A DNA stretch of 64,000 bases, taken from the NCBI RefSeq assembly GCF_036365525.1, contig NC_090416.1, positions 16,712,945 through 16,776,944 on the forward strand. Direction: 5' to 3'. This document shows positions 22,985 through 37,506 of this stretch, piece after piece (the first letter of the stretch is position 1; every line of letters starts with the position of its first letter). The position numbers were made by a program, and so were the translations under genes. The notes below the pieces were generated by a model. That model was not told the DNA's origin. It saw only the letters and a list, made by a program, of their open reading frames with translations, and did not search any database. The DNA comes from Heterodontus francisci (taxonomy: Eukaryota).

Positions 22985-23149
22985 CTTCAACACAAAACAC
23001 AAGAGAGAGAAAAAAAACACATTCAGTTTATTGGAGCAAAAAAACACACTGATAAATAAACAGGCCGGGCAACCAAATCCCTTTGCTTCCTAATCTAATG
23101 GTTTACAAATGAATAATTGAGTAACGTTCTGTTAACATAAGTCTCTCAC

Positions 23150-23198
23150 CTGTTAAATGGAGTAGCAGGGTCCCCAGGAGATACATTACTGCAGCCAT
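23150..23198 (-). CDS. Leader exon, cluster 2
   Basis: Same as cluster 1 leader; GTGAG donor. Confidence 0.92.
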
Positions 23199-23320
23199 TC
23201 CCTCCGGGGGGGAAAAAAACCCGTGAAGAATTAGAGAGCAGGGTTTTACTGTAATTCCAGAAAGTGGATCCAGTTACAGTGCCGGACAAGGTGAGACCAG
23301 TATCTATTATATGAACCTGT

Positions 23321-23328
23321 ATGCAAAT
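23321..23328 (-). promoter_or_regulatory. V2 promoter octamer ATTTGCAT
   Basis: ATGCAAAT on the + strand upstream of the leader. Confidence 0.88.
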
Positions 23329-24302
23329 ACAGGGAGGGTTGAGAGGAGCAGGGGCGGCGGGGGGGGGGGGGGGGGGGGGTGGTGGACCAGACCAGATTTT
23401 TTTTATTGAGCCTCTATTGGTCCCCAATTAAACATTTCCATGTATTTATTTCCACCGAGTTGAGGGTTAATTCACAATAATTTCTGATTTTAACCCCCCC
23501 TTCTCATGTCATGAGTGTGAGATTTAAAAGAACAACTGTAGAAATTGCACATTTTATCCCAGATGGTCAAAGACAAAAGCCCTTCAGAATCCAGTGCCTT
23601 GAATTCATCCAGAACAAGTTTAACCCAGCGATAGTTAAGGATTTGTTTTTTTTTATATTTGGGTCTGCAATGTGTACTTAAACACATATCTTTATATCCA
23701 ACACGCTGGTGTTTGCAACAAAGCAGTTTCAGGAAGGATTGGAATGGAAGAGATTGACTGGACTGCTTCTCTGAGCTGCTCTTTTTTCCTATCCGCCACT
23801 GTACAAGTGCACTGCTTGTCCTGGCGTTTGAGCCGAGTGTCGGGTCAAAACACTCGTTTCTCACTCAGGCCGACGTTCAGAAACAGCCAGAATCAACTCC
23901 AATATCCGTTTTAATTGGTAATGCAACGAGGAGTGAGATTCTGACCGGGCAAGCTGACTGCTCGGCTAGTCTCTGTGTTGTGTCCGGATCCTGTGTTAAG
24001 TCCAGTTTCAATGAATTGTGTTTTCCTGCTGCAACAGTTCCTGCCCTGACTTTTTTTTGTTGCAACTAAACCACATGTATCGGAACCTCAGTCCCAGGAA
24101 TACATTTGTTTTAACATTCCATTTCAGATGTTTTATGTCAATCACTCGATGCCAAGGGAAAACGTTCAACAAATTGCTCGTGAGAGGAGTTAGTTTCTTT
24201 AAAATGAATATTTTCTATCTTTTTATTTCAAATGCACTTAATTGGATGTGGACATCACTTGGCCCTGCCCGCATTTATTGCCCATCCCTCATTGCCGTTG
24301 AG

Positions 24303-24654
24303 GGCGGCACAGTGGCGCAGTGGTTAGCATTACAGCCTCACAGCTCCAGGGACCCGGGTTCGATTCCGGGTACTGCCTGTGTGGAGTTTGCAAGTTCTCC
24401 CTGTGTCTGCGTGGGTTTTCTCCGGGTGCTCCGGTTTCCTCCCACAAGCCAAAAGACTTGCAGGTTGATAGGTAAATTGGCCATTATAAATTGTCACTAA
24501 TATAGGTAGGTGGTAGGGTAATATAGGGACAGGTGGGGATGTTTGGTGGGAATATGGGATTAGTGTAGGATTAGTATAAATGGGTGGTTGATGTTCGGCA
24601 CAGACTCGGTGGGCCGAAGGGACTGTTTCATTGCTGCATCTCTAATCTAATCTA
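24303..24654 (+). mobile_element. tRNA-derived SINE (HE1-like), ~352 bp
   Basis: A box TGGCGCAGTGG, B box GGTTCGATTCC, CR1-type tail GGGCCGAAGGG..(TCTAA)n; absent at the equivalent site in unit 1. Confidence 0.9.
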
Positions 24655-25648
24655 AAGGTGGTGGTGGAGTCGCCTTCTTGAACTGCTACAGTGCAGTGGT
24701 TTTTGTACAACAGAACTGAGGGCAGTTAAGAGTCAACCACATTGCCGTGGGTCTGGAGTCACATGTCGGCCAGACCAGGTGAGGACGGCAGATTTCCTTC
24801 CCTAAAAGGACATTTGTGAAACAGATGGTTTTTTGTTAATGAACATTCAATTTATGGTCACCATTACTGAGACTAGGTTTCAATTCCAATTTTTCTTTTA
24901 ATTAATTAGTTGAATTTAAATTCCATGGTGGGATTTGAACTCGTGTCTCCAGAGCATTATCCTGGGCCTCTGGATTAGTAATATCTAGTGACATTACTAC
25001 TACGCCACCTTGTGATGGATCAATATTAATTCTAGAAATGTGATAGGATTTGAGCCAGTGAAAGGGAGAGTGTGGGAAAAAGAACAGCAGGGAAGGTATG
25101 TGACACGGGTGGAGGGCAGGAGAGATTAAATGACAAAAAGGGTTTCAAGGTGCAAAGCCAAAGAGAGTGGTAATAAAAGATGTGTCTGGAGGAGGTGTGA
25201 ATGGCAGCTACTGAAAACAAGGTAAAGGAAATAAGAGGTCAACAAGAGAGATAAAATAACAAATCAGCAAAGAAATGGGCAACAAAAATTAGGGCAGGGG
25301 GGTTACAAACTAAAATTGTTGAATTCATTGTTGTGTCCGGAAGGCTGTAGAGTGCCCAGTCGAAAGATGAGGTGCTGTTCCTGGAGTTAGCCTCCGATTA
25401 CTGACATGTTCAGTCAAGTCAGTGTCGACTAGCTGCCCCCTAGACAGAGAATTTGACCCCTCCCCATTAAAAATCCATTTCTGATTGGTCTCCACAGCAG
25501 AAACAGACCCACCTCCCTCCCCTCCCACCAGGCAGATTCTCTGGGTTCCTTTTCAACTAAACCTAACCTGCATTACTATAGAGACCTCAGGATGTCCTAA
25601 AGACAGAAAAATAAACACCTGTTTTGAAGTCTGGTCATTGTAACATCG

Positions 25649-25811
25649 TAACCCAATGCACAATGGAAATAAATATTTGGAAATGTTTACTCAGGGACAA
25701 ATATATTTTTAATAAAGTGTTTTCCCCTGCTCCCCTTGACCCCCTCCCTGTATTTGCATATTGACTAATATATAGATACTAGTATTCTCCGGGTTCCCGG
25801 AGTTACAGTAA
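25649..25811 (+). promoter_or_regulatory. Inverted orphan V-promoter paralog, unit 2 (octamer 25752-25759)
   Basis: As in unit 1. Confidence 0.8.
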
Positions 25812-26316
25812 TCTTGTTGAAGTGAAAGCACAATTGCTAAATGTGTGAGAAGCTGAACTCAGCTTTGCCCATGTAGTTGAATGGAGAGTGCACATATGTA
25901 GTTAAATGGAGTCATCCACGTATGTAGTTAAATGGAGTCATCCACGTATGTAGTTAAATGGAGTCATCCACGTATGTAGTTAAATGGAGTGTGCCAGTGT
26001 GTAGTAAAATGGGGTTGTGCACATGTCTAATGGAAAGCAGTTCAGCACCTCCAGGTTCATAGAATCTCTCACTTTGCACAGCAGATGTCACATGGCTGCA
26101 GCTTTGCCCAGGGAGCCTACCCGGTTCACACAGGATAGGCCAGGTGTTAAAGCAAGAGCATTTGGTGCTGCCTATTGAAGCTTGCACAGCGGTTAAAGGA
26201 AAATACAATTAATGTTCACAAGATGGGAATCTTGTAATTTGTTAGCCATGGCCTCGTGGGTTCAAGTCCCAATCCAGAGACTTGAGCACAAAAAACAGTC
26301 TCACATTCTCCGTGTA

Positions 26317-27168
26317 GTACTGATGGAGTGCTGCACTGTCGGAGGGTCAGTACTGAGGGAGTGCTGCACTGTCGGAGGGTCAGTACTGAGGGAGTGCTGC
26401 ACTGTCGGTGGGTCAGTACTGAGGGAGTGCTGCACTGTCGGAGGGTCAGTACTGAGGGAGTGCTGCATTGTCAGAGGATCAGTACTGAGGGAGTGCTGCA
26501 CTGTCGGAGGGTCAGTACTGAGGGAGTGCTGCACTGTCGGAGGGTCAGTACTGAGGGACTGCGGCACTGTCGGAGGGTCAGTAGTGAGGGAGTGCTGCAC
26601 TGTCGGAAGGTCAGTACTGAGGGAGTGCTGCACTGTCGGAGGGTCAGTACTGAGGGAGTGCTGCACTGTCGGTGGGTCAGTACTGAGGGAGTGCTGCCCT
26701 GTTGGAAGGTCAGTACTGAGGGAGTGCTGCACTGTCGGAGGGTCAGTACTGAGGGAGTGCTGCACTGTCGGAGGGTCAGTACTGAGGGAGTGCTGCACTG
26801 TCGGAGGGTCAGTACTGAGGGAGTGCGGCACTGTCGGAGGGTCAGTACTGAGGGAGTGCTGCACTGTCAGAGGGTCAGTACTGAGGGAAAGCTGTATTGT
26901 CAGAGGGTCAGTACTGAGGGAGTGCTGCACCGCCAGAGGGTCAGTTCTGAGGGAGTGCGGCACTGTCGGAGGTTCAGTACTGAGGGAGTGCCGCACTGTC
27001 AGAGGGTCAGTACTGAGGGAAAGCTGTATTGTCAGAGGGTCAGTACTGAGGGAGTGCTGCACCGCCAGAGGGTCAGTTCTGAGGGAGTGCGGCACTGTCG
27101 GAGGTTCAGTACTGAGGGAGTGCCGCACTGTCAGAGGGTCAGTACTGAGGGAGTGCTGCACTGTCTGA
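26317..27168 (+). repeat. 33-bp minisatellite, ~26 units, inside the Deu-type SINE
   Basis: Read directly; 11-aa periodicity in the ORF track. Confidence 0.97.
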
Positions 27169-27750
27169 GGTGCTATCTTCACAAGTCCCCCTCAGGTGGA
27201 CATTATCGATCCCATGACTCTATTTGAAGGAGAGCAGGTGCCCTGGACAATATATATTCCAACATTAACTCCTAAAACTGTAACTGGTCATTATCACGTT
27301 GCTATTTGTGGGAGCTTGCTGTGTAAATGACTGTCAGATTTCCTGCATTTCAACAGTGACTACATTTCAAAACACACTTCAAAAGTACATCATTGGATGT
27401 AAACCACTGTGGAGCAGCCTAGTGATCAGACCTCTCTGTCTCTCCGTCTGTCTATCTATTAATCTATCTATCTATCTAGCCAGCTATCTATCGATCTATC
27501 TATCTGTCTGTTTATCTATCGATCTCTCCATATCTATCTTTCTATCTGTCNNNNNNNNNNNNNNNNNNNNNNNNNNNNNNNNNNNNNNNNNNNNNNNNNN
27601 NNNNNNNNNNNNNNNNNNNNNNNNNNNNNNNNNNNNNNNNNNNNNNNNNNNNNNNNNNNNNNNNNNNNNNNNNNNNNNNNNNNNNNNNNNNNNNNNNNNN
27701 NNNNNNNNNNNNNNNNNNNNNNNNNNNNNNNNNNNNNNNNNNNNNNNNNN

Positions 27751-30700
27751 CGTAGTTCCAGACGGGGAAGTATAAAAAATTAACTTTGGGGATTCTCGCA
27801 CCAGGCTCGGAGGGCGGAGTTCACCTCGGGGATTTTCGGAGCAGAGTCGGAGATGCTCGGACCGACTCGGAGGGCGGAGTTCACCTCGGGGATACTCGGA
27901 GCAGCCTCGGAGAGCGGAGTTCACCTCGGGGACTCTCGGAGCAGACTCGGAAGGCGGAGTTAATCTCGGGGATTCTCGGACAGACTCGGAGGGCGGAGTT
28001 AACCTCGGGGATTCTCGGACAGACTCGGAGGGCGGAGTTAACCTCGGGTATTCTCGGACAGACTCGGAAGGCAGAGTTAATGTCGATGGGCCGAAGGGCC
28101 TGTTTCAGTGCTGTATCTCTAAATAAAAAATAAAAATAAAAATAAATAAAATAATATTTATAGTAGAAATCTAGCACTAGGGACCATATAGTTAATTATA
28201 ACAATTTAGTAAGAATTTAATAAGTATTTATTTTATATTAATTAACTAATTAGTGATAGAAATGTCAGTTAAAGGGGTGAAGTGCTTCACCTGTGAGATG
28301 TGGGAAGTCCGTGACACTTCCAGCATTCCGGGCGACTCCGCCTGCAGGAAGTTTACCCAGTTGCAGCTCCTCACAGACCGCATGGATCGGTTGGAGCGGC
28401 AACTGGATGCACTTAGGAGCATGCAGGTGGCAGAAAGCATCACAGACAGGAGTTTTAGAGAAGTGGTTACACCCAATGTGCAGGCAGATAGATGGGTGAC
28501 CGCTAGAAGGGGCAGGCAGTCAGTGCAGGAATCCCCTGTGGCTATCCCCCTCTCTAACAAGTATACCATTTTGGATACTGTTGGGGGGGGATGGCCTATC
28601 AGGGGAAAACAGCAGCAGCAGCCAGAGCAGTGGCACCACGGCTGGCACTGTTGTTCAGCAGGGAGGGACAAAGCGCAGAAGAGCAATAGTTATCGGGGAC
28701 TCTGTAGTCAGGGGCACAGATAGGCGCTTCTGTGGACGTGAAAGAGACTCCAGGATGGTATGTTGCCTCCCTGGTGCCAGGGTCAAGGATGTCTCTGAAT
28801 GGACAGGGGGCATTCTGAAGGGCGAGGGTGAACAGCCAGAGGTTGTGGTACACATCGGTACCAATGACATAGGCAGGAAGAGTGATGAGGTCCTGCAGGG
28901 GGAGTTTAGGGAGTTAGGTAGTAAGTTAAAAAAACAGGACCTGTAGGGTTGTCATCTCTGGATTAGTCCCTGTGCCACGTGCCAGTGAGGCTAGAAATAG
29001 GAAGCTAGTGCAGCTAAACACATGGCTGAACAGCTGGTGTAGAAGGGAGGGTTTCAGATATCTGGACCATTGGGCTCTCTTCAGGGACAGATGGGACCTG
29101 TACAAGAAGGAAGGGTTGCATCTAAACTGGAGCGGCATTAATATCCTTGCTGCAAAGTTTGCTAGCGTCACTCGGGAGGGTTTAAACTAGTGTGGCAGGG
29201 GGTGGGAACCAGAGCAGTGGGACAGTTAGAAAAATAAATGAGGAGGACATAGTAAATAAGGCCAGTCGGACTAAGAGGAAGAGCAGGCAGGGAGATGTTG
29301 CTGAGCACAGCGGGACTGGTGCTCTGAAGTGCATTTCTTTCAATACGAGAAGTATAACAGGTAAGGCAGATTAACTTAGAGCTTGGATTAGTACTTGGAA
29401 ATATGATGTTGTTGCTATTACAGAGACTTGGTTGAGGGAAGGGCAGGATTGGCAGCTAAATGTTCCAGGCTTTAGAAGCTTCAGGCAGGATAGAGGGGGA
29501 TGTAAAAGGGGTGGGGGAGTTGCATTACTGGTTAAGGAGAATATCACAGCTGTACTGCGGGAGGACACCTCAGAGAGGTCATGCAGCGAGGCAATAGGGG
29601 TGGAGCTCAGGAATAGGAAGGGTGCAGGCACGATGTTGGGGGTTTACTACAAGCCTCCCAACAGCCAGCGGGAGGTAGAGGACAAGATATGTAGACAGAT
29701 TTTGGAAAGATGTAAAGGTAACAGGGTTGTGGTGGTGGGTGATTTTAACTTCCCCTATATTGACTGGGACTCACTTAGTGCTAGGGGCTTGGATGGGGCA
29801 TAATTTGTGAGGAGCATCCAGGAGGGCTTCTTGAAACAGTATGTAGATAGTCCAACTAGGGATAGGGCCATTCTGGACCTGGTATTGGGGAATGAGCCCG
29901 GCCAGGTGGTCGAAGTTTCAGTGGGGGAACATTTCGGGAGCAGTGACCATTATTCCATAAGTTTTAAGGAACTTGTGGATAAGGATAAGAGTAGTCCTCG
30001 GGTGAAGGTGCTAAATTGGAGGAAGGCTAATTATAACAATATTAGGCAGGAATTGAAGAATTTAGATTGGGGGGCGGCTGTTTGAGGGTAAATCAACATC
30101 TGACATGTGGGAGTCTTTCAAACGTCAGCTGATTAGAATCCAGGACCAGCATGTTCCTGTGAGGAAGAAAGACAAGTTTGGCATGTTTCGGGAAATTTGT
30201 ATAACACTGGATGTTGTGAGCCTCGTCAAAAAGAAAAAGGAAGCATTTGTCAGGGTTGGAAGGCTCGGAACAGACTTGAGGAATATAAAGACAGTGGGAA
30301 GGAACTTAAGCAAGGAGTTAGGAGGGCTAAAAGGGGTCATAAAAGGTCATTGGCAAACAGGATGAAGGAGAATCCCAAGGCTTTTTATACATATACAAAG
30401 AGCAAGAGGGTAACCAGGGAAAGGGTTGGCCCACTCAAGGATAGAGATGGGAATCTATGTGTGGAGCCAGAGGAAATGGGCGAGGTGCTAAATGAGTACT
30501 TTGCATCAGTATTCACCAAAGAGAAGGACTTGGTGGATGATGAGCCTAGGGAAGGGAGTGCAGATAGTCTCAGTCATCTCATTATTAAAAAGGAGGAGGT
30601 GTTGGGTGTTTTGCAAAGCATTAAGGTAGATAAGTCCCCAGGGCCTGATGGGATCTACCCTAGAATACTGAGGGAGGCAAGGGAAGAAATTGATGGTTTC

Positions 30701-32208
30701 TTGTCAGAAATCTTTGCATCATTTTTGGCTACAGGTGAGGTCCCAGAGGACTGGAGAATAGCCAATGTTGTTCCTTTGTTTAAGAAGGGTGGCAAGGATA
30801 ATCCAGGAAATTATAGGCCGGTGAGCCTTCCGTCAGTGGTAGGGAAACTATTAAAGAGGATTATTCGGGACAGGATTTACTCCCATTTGGAAACAAACGA
30901 ACTTATTAGTGAGAGACAGCATGGCTTTGTGAAGTGGAGGTTGTGTCTTACTAATTTGATTGAGTTTTTTGAGGAAGTGACGAAGATGATTGATGAAGGA
31001 AGGGCAGTGGATGTTGTCTATATGGACTTTATTAAAGCCTTTGACAAGGTCCCTCATGGCAAACTGGTACAAAAGGTAATGTCACATGGGATCAGATGTG
31101 AGCTGGCAAGATGGATACAGAACTGGCTCGGTCATAGAAGACAGAGGGTATCAGTGGATGGGTGTTTTTCTGAATGGAGGGATGTGACTAGTGGTGTTCC
31201 GCAGGGATCAGTGCTGGGACCTTTGCTGTTTGTAGTATATATAAATGATTTGGAGGAAAATGTAGCTGGTCTGATTAGTAAGTTTGCGGACGACACAAAG
31301 GTTGGTGGAGTTGCGGATAATGATGAGGATTGTCAGAGGATACAGCAGGATATAGATCGGTTGGAGACTTGGGCGGAGAAATGGCAGATGGAGTTTAATC
31401 TGGACAAATGTGAGGTAATGCATTTTGAAAGGACTAATGCAGGTGGGAGGTATACAGTAAATGGCAGAACCCTCAGGAGTATTGACAGACAGCGAAATCT
31501 GGGCGTACAGGTCCACAGGTCACTGAAAGTGGCAACGCAGGTGGATAAGGTAGTCAAGAAGGCATACGGCATGCTTGCCTTCATCGGTCGGGGCACAGAG
31601 TATAAAAATTGGCAAGTCATGTTGCAGCTGCACAGAACCTTAGTTCGGCCACACTTAGAATATTGCGTGCAATTCTGGTCGCCACACTACCAGAAGGACG
31701 TGGAGGCTTTGGAGAGGGTACAAAGGAGGTTTACGGATGCTGCCTGGTCTGGAGGGCATTAACTATGAGGAGAGGTTGGAAAAAGTCGGATTGTTTTCAC
31801 TGGGACGACGGAGGTGGAGGGGCGACATGATAGAGGTTTACAAAGTTATGAGCGGGATGGACAGAGTGGATAGTCAGAAGCTTTTTCCCAGAGTGGAAGA
31901 GTCAGATACTATGGGACATAGGTTTAAGGTGCGAGGGGCAAAGTTTAGAGGGGATGTACGAGGCAAGTTTTATACACAGAGGGTGGTGAGTGCCTGGAAC
32001 TTGCTGCCAGGGGAGGTGGTGGAAGCAGATACGATAGCGATGTTTAAGTGACATCTTGACAAATACATGAATAGGAAGGAAATAGAGGGATTTGGGCCCC
32101 GGAAGTGCAGAAGGTGTTAGTTTAGGCAGGCATCAAGATCGGTGCAGGCTTGGAGGGCCGAATGGCCTGTTCCTGTGTGGTACTGTTCTTTGTTCTTGTT
32201 CTTTGTTC
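27751..32208 (+). mobile_element. Near-full-length decayed CR1 LINE, unit 2
   Basis: Same motifs as unit 1 (FADD intact); several frameshifts and stops. Confidence 0.95.
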
Positions 32209-32424
32209 TCTCTGTCTATCTGTCTATCTGTCTATCTATCTATCTGTCTATCTATCTATCTGACTATCGATCTATCGATTAATCTATCTGTCCATATCTA
32301 TCTATCTATGTATCTATCTATCTGTCTATCTATCCACCTGTCCATCTCTCTTGCTCTATCTATTTGTCTGTCTGTCCATCTCTATCTATCTGTCTGTCCA
32401 TCTCTGTCTGTCTGTCTGTCTATC
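32209..32424 (+). repeat. (TCTA/TCTG)n compound microsatellite after the LINE tail (also ~48586-48822; partly N in other positions)
   Basis: Read directly from the sequence. Confidence 0.95.
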
Positions 32425-35400
32425 CCTCAGTACTGACCCTTTGACAGTGCGGCACTCCCTCAGTACTGACCCTTTGGGAACTGAATATTCCAGGGTATTT
32501 GACAGTTTGGAATGACAGGAAGCAAGGAAAAGGAGGTGGTGAAGCTCAGTTAATAAAGGATGAGATCAGTACAGTAGTGAGAAATGATCTTGTATCAGAA
32601 AATCAAGATGTGGAATCAGTTTGGGTGGAGATATGAAATAGCAAAAATTCATACTGGAGCTGCACTGTAAGACAGAGTATAAATCAAGAAATAATGGGGG
32701 CTTGTAAGGAAAATACTGCAGTAATCCTGGGTGATTTTAATCTTCATATAAATTGGAGTAATCAAACTGGTAAAGTTAGATAGAGGATGAGTTCATGGAG
32801 TGTACTCAGGACAGTTTCTTAGAACAATACATTCTGGAACCAATCCGGGAGCAGGATATTTTAGACCTGGTAATGTGCAAGGAGACGGAATTAATTAATG
32901 ACCTCTTAGTAAAGGAAGAATAGAAAAGTAGAATATTATTTACATGGAGAGAGACTGCAGAATGCTGCAGTACAGAGGGATCTGGGTGTCCTTGTACATG
33001 AATCACAAAATGTTAACATGCAGGTTCAGCAAGTAATTAGGAAGAGAAATTGAATGTTGGTATTTATTGCAATGGGGATGGAGTATAAAAGTAGGGACAT
33101 CTTGCTACAACTGTGCCGGGTATAGGTGAGACCGCACCTAGAATACTGCATACAGTTTTGGTCTCCTTATTTAAGGAGGGATATACTTGCATTGGAAGCA
33201 GTTCAGAGAAGGTTCACTTGGCTGATTCCTGGGATGAAGGGATTGTCTTATCAGGAAAGGTTGAGCAGGTTGGGCCTGTTTAGAGTTTAGAAGAATGAGA
33301 GGTGATCTTATTGAAATGTGTAACGTTCTGAAGGGGTTTGACGGGGTAGATACTGAGAGGATGTTTCCCCTCGTGGGGGAATCTGGAACTAGGGGGAACA
33401 GTTACAGAATACGGGGTCTCCCATTTAAGACGGAGATGAGGAGGAATTTCTTCTCTGAGGGTCATTAATCTTTGGAATTCTCTTCCCCAGGGAGCAGTGG
33501 AGGCTGGGTCATTGAATATATTCAAGGCTGAGTTGGAGAGTTTTTTGATCTCCAAGGGAGTTGAGGGTTATGGTGGGGGGCAGACAGGAAAGTGGAGATA
33601 AGGTCACAATCAGATCATCCATGATCTTATCGAATGGCGGAACAGTCTCGATGGGCCGAATGGCCTTCTCCTGTTCTTATTTCTTATGCTTTTATGTTGA
33701 AGATATCGTACCTGCTGTATTCAATAGCTGTCCAGCTCTTTAAAGCCCAAAGTGGCCGTAACTGTTCCTATCTGTGCAGAGACCCCTTGGCAGTAATATA
33801 ATATAATGAAAATGGCCTGGCTGAAACTCCCCGGATCTGGATATCTCAGTACAGATCGGGGAAGGGGTGGTCGGAGTGCTGGAATCTGGGCCTTCCCAGC
33901 AAGTGTCCTGTAAGGGAACTGAATGACCTCAACGAAGGAACGAGTTCACAGAGGGAGATGAGGCTGATGTGATTGTAGTGTGTGCGAACAAGAGGAGGCC
34001 ATTCAGCCCTTCGAGACTGCTGTACCATTCCATTAGATCATAGCTGTTCTGTACCTTAACCCCATATACCCTGCCTTAGGTCCATAGTCCTTGCTGCCCT
34101 TACCCAATAAAAATCTATCAACCACAATCTTTATAACTCCATTTTTTAATGAAGTGCATTTCTATAGCGTCTTTCACAACCTCAGGATGTTCCCAAAGTG
34201 CTTCGCAGCCAATGAAATACCTTGAAAAGCAATATTGGGAAATGAAGAATGGGATGTAGAGCAGGAGGAGTTCAGTTCAGTTCTCCTGAGGGGCCCAGTC
34301 CAGATAATGGGTTGTTTTGTTGTAAATGTGTGACGTGTCCAAGAATGTAACCGTTTAACGGTGTTTCTCGGATTTCCGTCCTGTTTCTGTGTGTTTCAGA
34401 GCAGGGGAACTGGGCCCAGATGCTGCTGCTCTCTGCTGCTTATCAGACAGTGAGCAGGGAGGTTTCGGTTCCTCCCCGAGGCTCCTCTCCCACCCCCTGC
34501 AGCGAGTGACCACACCACCTGCACCACATCACAAACAAGACACAAACAGCATCGATTTGGGTATCAGGATCTAAAATAAGGCTTTCAGAACACCGCCCAG
34601 GTCCCCTGTGGTTGATGACGAGGGCCTGATCTGGGCTGCATTCAGTGCCATTCTCAGACCCAGTCTGGAACCTAGCTGTTCGGCCATGTGAATCATCAAC
34701 ATTGTGGATTTAACTGGACTGATAAACGTTTGATGGCCTTTAAGATACTCCTTAAAAACTACCTCTTTGACCGAGCTTTTGGTCACCTGCTCTAATATCT
34801 CCGAATGTGGCTCAGCATTAAACTTTGTTTGCTGACACTCCTTGCGACGTTTTATTACATTAAAGGCGGCATATAAATGCAGATTGGTTGTTGTTGCTTG
34901 TTGTGGCGCAGATGAAAATTCGTTGAAGACCTTAATAACTAACCGACTGCAGGCCATGAAGTACATCAACTAAAGCCACAATTAAAACTCAGGGCTTCTG
35001 ATGTAAGTACAGTACTGAAGGAATACCGCACTGCCGGAGGGGCTATCTGTCACTTGGAATCTGCCCTCTGTGAAAGATACTGCAACCCCTATTTAGAAAA
35101 AGAGTTGGGGAGTTCTCCCCCATCCCCGTGTCTTGGCTGATATTTATCCTTCAATCAATATCACAAAAAAAGATCACCTGGGTCATTATCTCATTGTTAT
35201 GTGTGTGGGATCATTCTGTGCGCAAATTGGCTGCTGTGTTTCCTACATTGCAACAGTTGACTAGACTTCAAACAAAATACTTGGTTGGCTGTAAAGCGCT
35301 GTGGGACATTCTGAAGCTGTGAAAGGAGGCTCACTGTCACCTTCTCAGGGGAACAACTAGTGATGGACAATAAATGGCTGGTCTTACCAGAGATGCCCAC

Positions 35401-37506
35401 ATCTCGAGAATGAAGAAGTGCAGGTTCTGTCTCTCTGGACGCTGTGATGTCCCCTTGTAAAACATATTGAAACTAAATCGTTCTAAAAACTTCTGCATAA
35501 ATACAGCATCCTCAGACTCGAGATGAGGATTAAACCTGCATTTAATACCTCTTTAAGTGCGTGGCCCCTTTAAGGTGTGCTGAGGGACTGAGCTTTTCCA
35601 GCACTCTCTGTCCATTTACTCTTTGAGGTGATGCAACCGAAACCCTCTCCACAGCCTGGGGCTCAGTTAACAGCCCTTCCCTCTTATGGCCCCTGGTTCT
35701 GCTCTCACCCGCAAGTGGAAACGTCTAGCCTTATCGAGTCCTTTCATAATCTTAAAGGCCTCCATCAGGTCCTACCCTCCCCCCCTTCTCAGTCTTCTCT
35801 TTTCAACCTATCCTGGTAGCCTATCTCAGTACTGGTACCATCCCAGCACATCTTTTCTTGCACCTTCTCCAGTGTCATTTTATAACATGGAGACAGGAAC
35901 AGTGCACAGTAATTCCAAGTGTGGTCTAACTGAGGTTCCCTGCAAGTTTGACTTAATGTATCTGCTTCTCAATTCTATCCCTCGAGAAATTAACCCCGGT
36001 GTTTGGATTGCTTTTTATATGGCCTTATTCAGCAGCATTGCTGCAGTTACTCTATCACCCTCGATCCACAACCCAATTTAGACTCTTTCTTCCCCACCTC
36101 CCCCTCCCTCCAGGACTAGGTGACCTCATTCATCCTCCCAAAATGTAGCACCTCACACTTATCCATACTGACCTTCATTTGCCAATTACACACCCATTCT
36201 GCATGTCCTGTCATTTGTGATGGACCTAATATTAACTGCAGCCTCCCCCAATTTGGAGTCATCAGCAAACTCTCAAATTGTACCTGGGGCTAGTCTGTCC
36301 CGTGCCATCCCATCTCTCGGACCGGGATAGTGAGCAGTTCTCCCTGGGAGGGACGGTATTTTATTCCAAACAGAGGCTTTTCCTGTAAATCACATACAAT
36401 GATGGTCAAGTATGGGAGAAACGACACTTTAGGATGGGAGGGTTGTTGAGAGGGTGCAGAGGAGGTTTACTGGAATGGTTCCAGGGATGGGGGAATTCTA
36501 GTTATAAGGTCAGCCTGGAGAAGCTGGGATTGTTTTCCTTGGAGCGAAGGAGATTGCAGGGAGATTTAATAGAGGTGGACAAGATTATGACAGATCTGGA
36601 TAGAGTAGACAAGGGAAAACAGTTCCCATTAACTGATGGTACAAGGGCTAGGGGACACAGAGTGAAAGTTTTGGGCAAGAGATACAAGGGCGGGGGCGGG
36701 GGGGATGTGAGGAAGAATTTATTTATTTTTAAATGCAGTGAGTGACAATGACCTGGAACTCACTGCCTACCAGAGTGGTGGAAGCAGGAGACAATGATTT
36801 CAGTGAGAAACTGGGGGGGGAGGGGGTGCGGAGCGGGGGGGGGGGGGGCGGGGTGCGGGGCGGGGGGGGTGGCACTTGAAGGAAATAATTTCGCAGGGGG
36901 CCCCGGGGGGATTGGGACTGACTGGATTGCACTACGGGGAGCTGGCACGGACCCGAGGGGCCGAATATCCTCCTTCTGTGCCAGAAATGAAATCGAAGAC
37001 GTTTAAAATAGTTAACTCTGCTTGAATATTTTTTTATTAAATCTGCCCAAAAGAAAAATCCTCAAATCGCCAATATTCGTACAGTTAACCACTGACTTGC
37101 ACCAATATCCACCTCAACTCACCCCCAAACCCCCACAAAAAAATAACAGAGCAATTTGAATTCATGTCATCTTTATTAAAACAGCCACACACACAGAGAT
37201 ACACTTTTCAATTCTAACAAATGGTACCACTGAGAGAAAGGAGAGAGGGAGCAGAACCCATCCAGCTCCAAATGGGAATGTACTCCCGGGATAGGTGGTC
37301 CTGATATTCACTGTCACCCACCTGCGCCCCCCAGTTAAAATTGGATCCAAAATTGGATCGTTAAACTGCGATTGAAGTGACTGTTTCAACATCGTTGGCC
37401 ACATTTGCTACAGTGATTACATTGTAAAACAACAACAACAACATTCCACATATTGAATAATATTTCATCAGCAATAAATCAAACTCTAAGCCCCAGTTGC
37501 CCCCTC

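Larger units (their letters stand above)
15606..32498. repeat. Tandem duplication unit 2 (~16.9 kb)
   Basis: Colinear copy of unit 1 with an added SINE and an expanded 33-bp VNTR. Confidence 0.97.

Noticed and set aside
24303-24380. tRNA gene
   Set aside because: A and B boxes belong to a SINE head followed by a SINE body and CR1-type tail
26212-27227. Long Cys-rich or repetitive ORFs (318, 293, 299 aa); also a CRISPR-like appearance
   Set aside because: Artefact of a 33-bp stop-poor minisatellite; monomers are contiguous with no unique spacers, no cas genes, and the context is vertebrate
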